DNA of 64,000 nucleotides from Escherichia coli (GTDB lineage Bacteria; Pseudomonadota; Gammaproteobacteria; Enterobacterales; Enterobacteriaceae): NCBI RefSeq assembly GCF_024502345.1, contig NZ_JALDNN010000001.1; one strand, 5' to 3'. Shown piece by piece: positions 56,478 to 64,000 of this stretch (position 1 is its first letter; each line of letters starts with the position of its first letter). The notes under the pieces were generated by a model. It saw only the letters and a program-made list of their open reading frames with translations, ran no database searches and was not told where the DNA came from. The position numbers and the translations under genes were made by a program.

Positions 56478-56642
56478 TTATCTGTCTCTATTTCTAATTT
56501 TCCTACAGTTTACCCGACTCGTAGCGCAATCGATCGTTTTAAACGTATTTTTCCTCACTCACCGCGCGTGAATGCTGATTTATCGTCATCTTCATGGCAA
56601 ACTAGCCGCCGAAATTATTGCGATCATGCCCTGGAGGAATAC

Positions 56643-57575
56643 GTGGATAAAATTTTCGTTGATGAAGCAGTAAATGAGCTGCAAACCATTCAGGACATGT
56701 TGCGCTGGTCGGTAAGCCGCTTCAGCGCGGCAAATATCTGGTACGGTCACGGCACCGATAACCCGTGGGATGAAGCCGTGCAGCTGGTATTGCCGTCGCT
56801 CTACCTGCCGCTGGATATTCCGGAAGATATGCGCACCGCGCGTCTGACCTCCAGCGAAAAACACCGTATTGTTGAACGCGTGATCCGCCGCGTCAACGAA
56901 CGCATTCCGGTTGCTTACCTGACCAACAAAGCGTGGTTCTGCGGCCATGAATTTTACGTCGATGAACGTGTGCTGGTGCCGCGCTCGCCGATTGGTGAAC
57001 TGATCAACAATAAATTTGCCGGACTTATCAGCAAGCAACCGCAGCATATTTTAGATATGTGTACCGGTAGCGGCTGCATCGCCATTGCCTGTGCTTATGC
57101 CTTCCCGGATGCGGAAGTCGACGCGGTGGATATCTCTCCCGACGCGCTGGCGGTTGCCGAACAGAACATCGAAGAACACGGTCTGATCCACAACGTCATT
57201 CCGATTCGTTCCGATCTGTTCCGTGATTTGCCGAAAGTGCAGTACGACCTGATCGTCACTAACCCGCCGTATGTCGATGCGGAAGATATGTCCGACCTGC
57301 CAAACGAATACCGTCACGAGCCGGAACTGGGCCTGGCATCTGGCACCGACGGCCTGAAACTGACGCGTCGCATTCTCGGTAACGCGGCAGATTATCTTGC
57401 TGATGATGGCGTACTGATTTGTGAAGTCGGTAACAGCATGGTACATCTTATGGAACAATATCCGGATGTTCCGTTCACCTGGCTGGAGTTTGATAACGGC
57501 GGCGATGGTGTGTTTATGCTCACCAAAGAGCAGCTGCTGGCGGCCCGTGAACATTTCGCGATTTATAAAGATTAA
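56643..57575 (+). CDS. prmB: Ribosomal protein uL3 glutamine methyltransferase PrmB
   Basis: Start placed at the internal GTG ([10 protein letters not shown]…) for 310 aa; NPPY motif. Confidence 0.85.
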   Translation: MDKIFVDEAVNELQTIQDMLRWSVSRFSAANIWYGHGTDNPWDEAVQLVLPSLYLPLDIPEDMRTARLTSSEKHRIVERVIRRVNERIPVAYLTNKAWFCGHEFYVDERVLVPRSPIGELINNKFAGLISKQPQHILDMCTGSGCIAIACAYAFPDAEVDAVDISPDALAVAEQNIEEHGLIHNVIPIRSDLFRDLPKVQYDLIVTNPPYVDAEDMSDLPNEYRHEPELGLASGTDGLKLTRRILGNAADYLADDGVLICEVGNSMVHLMEQYPDVPFTWLEFDNGGDGVFMLTKEQLLAAREHFAIYKD

Positions 57576-57606
57576 GTAAACACGCAAACACAACAATAAC
57601 GGAGCC

Positions 57607-58695
57607 GTGATGGCTGGAAACACAATTGGACAACTCTTTCGCGTAACCACCTTCGGCGAATCGCACGGGCTGGCGCTCGGCTGCATCGTCGATGGTGTTC
57701 CGCCAGGCATTCCGCTGACGGAAGCGGACCTGCAACATGACCTCGACCGTCGTCGCCCTGGGACATCGCGCTATACCACCCAGCGTCGTGAGCCAGATCA
57801 GGTCAAAATTCTCTCCGGTGTTTTTGAAGGTGTTACTACCGGCACCAGCATTGGTTTGTTGATCGAAAATACCGATCAGCGTTCTCAGGATTATAGTGCG
57901 ATTAAGGACGTTTTCCGTCCTGGCCATGCCGATTACACCTACGAACAAAAATACGGTCTGCGCGATTATCGCGGCGGTGGACGTTCTTCCGCCCGCGAAA
58001 CCGCCATGCGCGTGGCGGCAGGGGCGATTGCCAAAAAATATCTCGCCGAGACATTTGGTATTGAAATCCGCGGCTGCCTGACCCAGATGGGCGACATTCC
58101 GCTGGAAATCAAAGACTGGTCGCAGGTTGAACAAAATCCGTTCTTCTGCCCGGACCCGGACAAAATCGACGCGTTAGATGAACTGATGCGCGCGCTGAAA
58201 AAAGAGGGCGACTCCATCGGCGCGAAAGTCACCGTTGTAGCCAGTGGTGTCCCCGCCGGACTTGGCGAGCCGGTCTTTGACCGCCTGGATGCCGACATCG
58301 CCCATGCGCTGATGAGCATCAACGCGGTGAAAGGCGTGGAAATTGGCGACGGTTTTGACGTAGTGGCGCTGCGCGGCAGCCAGAATCGCGACGAAATCAC
58401 CAAAGACGGTTTCCAGAGCAACCATGCGGGCGGCATTCTTGGCGGTATCAGCAGCGGGCAGCAAATCATTGCCCATATGGCGCTGAAACCGACCTCCAGC
58501 ATTACCGTGCCGGGGCGCACCATTAACCGCTTTGGCGAAGAAGTTGAGATGATCACCAAAGGCCGTCACGATCCTTGTGTCGGGATCCGCGCGGTGCCGA
58601 TCGCTGAAGCGATGCTGGCGATCGTATTAATGGATCACCTGTTACGGCAGCGGGCGCAAAATGCCGATGTGAAGACTGATATTCCACGCTGGTAA
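57607..58695 (+). CDS. aroC: Chorismate synthase
   Basis: 362 aa ORF recognised as AroC. Confidence 0.9.
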   Translation: MMAGNTIGQLFRVTTFGESHGLALGCIVDGVPPGIPLTEADLQHDLDRRRPGTSRYTTQRREPDQVKILSGVFEGVTTGTSIGLLIENTDQRSQDYSAIKDVFRPGHADYTYEQKYGLRDYRGGGRSSARETAMRVAAGAIAKKYLAETFGIEIRGCLTQMGDIPLEIKDWSQVEQNPFFCPDPDKIDALDELMRALKKEGDSIGAKVTVVASGVPAGLGEPVFDRLDADIAHALMSINAVKGVEIGDGFDVVALRGSQNRDEITKDGFQSNHAGGILGGISSGQQIIAHMALKPTSSITVPGRTINRFGEEVEMITKGRHDPCVGIRAVPIAEAMLAIVLMDHLLRQRAQNADVKTDIPRW

Positions 58696-58698
58696 AAA

Positions 58699-59523
58699 AT
58701 GAACAAAACCGCGATTGCGCTGCTGGCCCTGCTTGCCAGTAGCGTCAGCCTGGCAGCGACGCCGTGGCAAAAAATAACCCAACCTGTGCCGGGTAGCGCA
58801 CAATCGATAGGCAGTTTTTCTAATGGCTGTATCGTCGGCGCTGATACGCTGCCGATACAGTCCGAACATTATCAGGTCATGCGTACCGATCAGCGTCGCT
58901 ATTTCGGTCACCCGGACCTGGTGATGTTTATCCAGCGTCTGAGTAGCCAGGTGAGCAATCTGGGCATGGGTACGGTGCTGATTGGCGATATGGGGATGCC
59001 CGCTGGTGGGCGTTTCAACGGCGGTCATGCCAGCCACCAGACCGGACTGGATGTCGATATCTTTCTGCAACTGCCGAAAACTCGCTGGACCTCCGCGCAG
59101 CTCTTGCGCCCGCAAGCACTGGACTTAGTTTCCCGCGACGGTAAACACGTTGTCTCCACGCTGTGGAAGCCAGAAATTTTCAGCTTGATCAAACTCGCCG
59201 CCCAGGACAAAGACGTCACGCGCATTTTTGTTAATCCGGCGATTAAACAACAACTTTGCCTTGATGCGGGCACCGATCGCGACTGGTTGCGCAAAGTGCG
59301 ACCCTGGTTCCAGCATCGCGCGCATATGCATGTACGATTACGTTGCCCTGCCGATAGTCTGGAGTGTGAAGATCAACCTTTACCGCCACCAGGCGATGGT
59401 TGCGGGGCAGAACTGCAAAGCTGGTTTGAACCTCCAAAACCGGGAACAACAAAGCCTGAGAAGAAGACACCGCCTCCGTTGCCGCCTTCCTGCCAGGCGC
59501 TACTGGATGAGCACGTGATCTAA
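58699..59523 (+). CDS. mepA: Penicillin-insensitive murein endopeptidase MepA
   Basis: 274 aa ORF with signal peptide; recognised as MepA. Confidence 0.9.
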   Translation: MNKTAIALLALLASSVSLAATPWQKITQPVPGSAQSIGSFSNGCIVGADTLPIQSEHYQVMRTDQRRYFGHPDLVMFIQRLSSQVSNLGMGTVLIGDMGMPAGGRFNGGHASHQTGLDVDIFLQLPKTRWTSAQLLRPQALDLVSRDGKHVVSTLWKPEIFSLIKLAAQDKDVTRIFVNPAIKQQLCLDAGTDRDWLRKVRPWFQHRAHMHVRLRCPADSLECEDQPLPPPGDGCGAELQSWFEPPKPGTTKPEKKTPPPLPPSCQALLDEHVI

Positions 59524-60332
59524 TGGAAACGTTTAATAGCCTGTTTATGGTTTCCCCGCTGTTGCTGGGAGTTCTCTTTTTTGTCGCCATGCTGGCGGGA
59601 TTTATCGACTCGATTGCCGGTGGTGGTGGGTTACTCACGATTCCGGCATTGATGGCGGCAGGGATGTCTCCCGCTAATGCGCTGGCAACCAATAAACTGC
59701 AAGCTTGCGGCGGCTCTATTTCCGCCACTATCTACTTTATTCGCCGCAAAGTGGTTAGTTTAAGCGATCAGAAACTCAATATCGCCATGACCTTTATCGG
59801 CTCAATGAGCGGCGCACTGCTGGTGCAATACGTTCAGGCTGATGTCTTACGGCAGATTTTGCCCATTCTGGTGATTTGTATCGGCCTCTATTTCTTGCTG
59901 ATGCCAAAGCTGGGTGAAGAAGATCGCCAGTGCCGGATGTACGGTTTACCCTTCGCGTTAATTGCCGGTGGCTGCATCGGTTTTTATGACGGATTCTTTG
60001 GTCCGGCAGCCGGATCGTTTTACGCGCTGGCCTTTGTTACGCTGTGCGGATTCAACCTCGCCAAAGCCACGGCTCACGCCAAATTACTCAACGCAACGTC
60101 AAATATCGGCGGTTTACTGCTGTTTATTCTCGGCGGCAAAGTGATTTGGGCGACGGGCTTTGTGATGCTGGTGGGGCAGTTCCTCGGCGCGCGCATGGGT
60201 TCACGACTGGTGTTGAGCAAAGGACAAAAGCTGATCCGCCCGATGATTGTTATCGTCTCCGCGGTGATGAGTGCCAAATTACTTTACGATAGCCACGGAC
60301 AGGAGATCCTCCACTGGTTGGGGATGAACTAA
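59523..60332 (+). CDS. yfcA: TauE/SafE-family membrane protein YfcA
   Basis: 269 aa polytopic membrane ORF. Confidence 0.85.
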   Translation: METFNSLFMVSPLLLGVLFFVAMLAGFIDSIAGGGGLLTIPALMAAGMSPANALATNKLQACGGSISATIYFIRRKVVSLSDQKLNIAMTFIGSMSGALLVQYVQADVLRQILPILVICIGLYFLLMPKLGEEDRQCRMYGLPFALIAGGCIGFYDGFFGPAAGSFYALAFVTLCGFNLAKATAHAKLLNATSNIGGLLLFILGGKVIWATGFVMLVGQFLGARMGSRLVLSKGQKLIRPMIVIVSAVMSAKLLYDSHGQEILHWLGMN

Positions 60333-60880
60333 TGAACAGTACACACCACTATGAGCAGTTGATTGAAATTTTTAATAGCTGCTTTGCCGATGATTTTAAT
60401 ACCCGTCTGATTAAAGGCGACGACGAACCGATCTATCTTCCTGCTGATGCGGAAGTACCGTATAACCGAATCGTCTTTGCTCATGGCTTTTATGCCAGCG
60501 CAATTCATGAGATTTCGCACTGGTGTATTGCCGGGAAAGCGCGCCGCGAGCAGGTTGATTTCGGCTACTGGTATTGCCCGGACGGTCGCGATGCCCAAAC
60601 GCAAAGCCAGTTTGAAGATGTTGAAGTGAAGCCGCAGGCGCTCGACTGGTTGTTCTGCGTGGCGGCGGGATACCCGTTTAACGTCAGTTGCGACAATCTG
60701 GAAGGCGACTTCGAACCGGACCGCGTGGTGTTTCAACGGCGAGTACATGCGCAGGTGATGGATTATCTGACAAATGGCATTCCCGAGCGTCCGGCACGCT
60801 TCATTAAAGCACTACAAAATTATTATCACACGCCGGAACTTACGGCGGAACAGTTCCCGTGGCCGGAAGCGCTCAACTGA
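60332..60880 (+). CDS. epmC: Elongation factor P hydroxylase EpmC
   Basis: 182 aa ORF recognised as YfcM/EpmC. Confidence 0.85.
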   Translation: MNSTHHYEQLIEIFNSCFADDFNTRLIKGDDEPIYLPADAEVPYNRIVFAHGFYASAIHEISHWCIAGKARREQVDFGYWYCPDGRDAQTQSQFEDVEVKPQALDWLFCVAAGYPFNVSCDNLEGDFEPDRVVFQRRVHAQVMDYLTNGIPERPARFIKALQNYYHTPELTAEQFPWPEALN

Positions 60881-60913
60881 AGCCGGTGCCACGTTTTACA
60901 ATGAGGAAAGAAG

Positions 60914-61192
60914 ATGATCGCGGAGTTTGAATCACGCATTCTGGCATTAATCGACGGTATGGTTGACCATGCCAGTGATGATGAGTTGTTTGCCAGTGGG
61001 TATTTGCGTGGCCACCTGACATTAGCCATCGCAGAACTGGAAAGTGGTGATGACCACTCCGCTCAGGCGGTGCATACGACCGTTAGCCAGAGTCTGGAAA
61101 AAGCCATTGGTGCTGGTGAATTGTCGCCGCGTGACCAGGCGCTGGTGACCGATATGTGGGAAAACCTGTTTCAGCAGGCGTCACAGCAGTAA
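60914..61192 (+). CDS. yfcL: Protein YfcL
   Basis: 92 aa ORF; synteny. Confidence 0.8.
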
Positions 61193-61198
61193 GTTGCG

Positions 61199-61294
<96 letters not shown>

Positions 61295-61312
61295 AAACAC
61301 TGCGAGAGCAGA

Positions 61313-63385
<2,073 letters not shown>

Positions 63386-63477
63386 CTATTAATTGGCTGA
63401 TCGGACTTGTTCGGCGTACAAGTGTACGCTATTGTGCATTCGAAACTTACTCTATGTGCGACTTACAGAGGTATTGA

Positions 63478-64000
63478 ATGAAACGTGCAGTGATTACTGG
63501 CCTGGGCATTGTTTCCAGCATCGGTAATAACCAGCAGGAAGTCCTGGCATCTCTGCGTGAAGGACGTTCAGGGATCACTTTCTCTCAGGAGCTGAAGGAT
63601 TCCGGCATGCGTAGCCACGTCTGGGGCAACGTAAAACTGGATACCACTGGCCTCATTGACCGCAAAGTTGTGCGCTTTATGAGCGACGCATCCATTTATG
63701 CATTCCTTTCTATGGAGCAGGCAATCGCAGATGCGGGCCTCTCTCCGGAAGCTTACCAGAATAATCCGCGCGTTGGCCTGATTGCAGGTTCTGGCGGCGG
63801 TTCCCCGCGTTTCCAGGTGTTCGGCGCTGACGCAATGCGCGGCCCGCGCGGCCTGAAAGCGGTTGGCCCGTATGTGGTCACCAAAGCGATGGCATCCGGC
63901 GTTTCTGCCTGCCTCGCCACCCCGTTTAAAATTCATGGCGTTAACTACTCCATCAGCTCCGCGTGTGCGACTTCCGCACACTGTATCGGTAACGCAGTAG
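63478..64000 (+). CDS. fabB: 3-oxoacyl-ACP synthase I, partial (continues past window end)
   Basis: ATG at 63478 followed by [37 protein letters not shown]…, open to the window end. Confidence 0.9.
   Translation, partial: MKRAVITGLGIVSSIGNNQQEVLASLREGRSGITFSQELKDSGMRSHVWGNVKLDTTGLIDRKVVRFMSDASIYAFLSMEQAIADAGLSPEAYQNNPRVGLIAGSGGGSPRFQVFGADAMRGPRGLKAVGPYVVTKAMASGVSACLATPFKIHGVNYSISSACATSAHCIGNAV

Overview
This window is Escherichia coli chromosome, syntenic with (and inverted relative to) the K-12 region from fryA/ypdCBA through argW to fabB. Gene identifications below come from recognising the translated ORFs and from reading operator sequences directly; no database search was run. The conserved backbone is fryA' - ypdCBA - alaC - lpxP - yfdY - ypdI - yfdX - frc - oxc - yfdV - yfdE - evgS' ... 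dsdA ... argW - yfdC - mlaA - yfdF - fadL - yfcZ - fadIJ - sixA - yfcVUSRQPO fimbrial operon - smrB - prmB - aroC - mepA - yfcA - epmC - yfcL - mnmC - fabB'. Three accessory events interrupt it. (1) An IS903-like element (17850-18906) sits at a deletion junction that removed the evgS 5' end, evgA, emrK and the emrY 5' half. (2) A cscR/cscA/cscK/cscB sucrose cluster (21744-26629) replaces dsdC and most of dsdX, leaving dsdA alone. (3) An ~11.4 kb degraded mosaic prophage lies at argW (about 27070-38479). It carries torI, a lambda-type immunity module (OL/pL, cI, OR, cro), a cII-like gene, a lytic transglycosylase, a lipoprotein, an Mnt-like repressor, a P22-like tailspike split by an IS2-family element, and the intS integrase. 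I found no CRISPR array and no recognisable defence operon. The most interesting material is the prophage remnant and the IS-mediated loss of the EvgAS regulator, not a clearly novel system.
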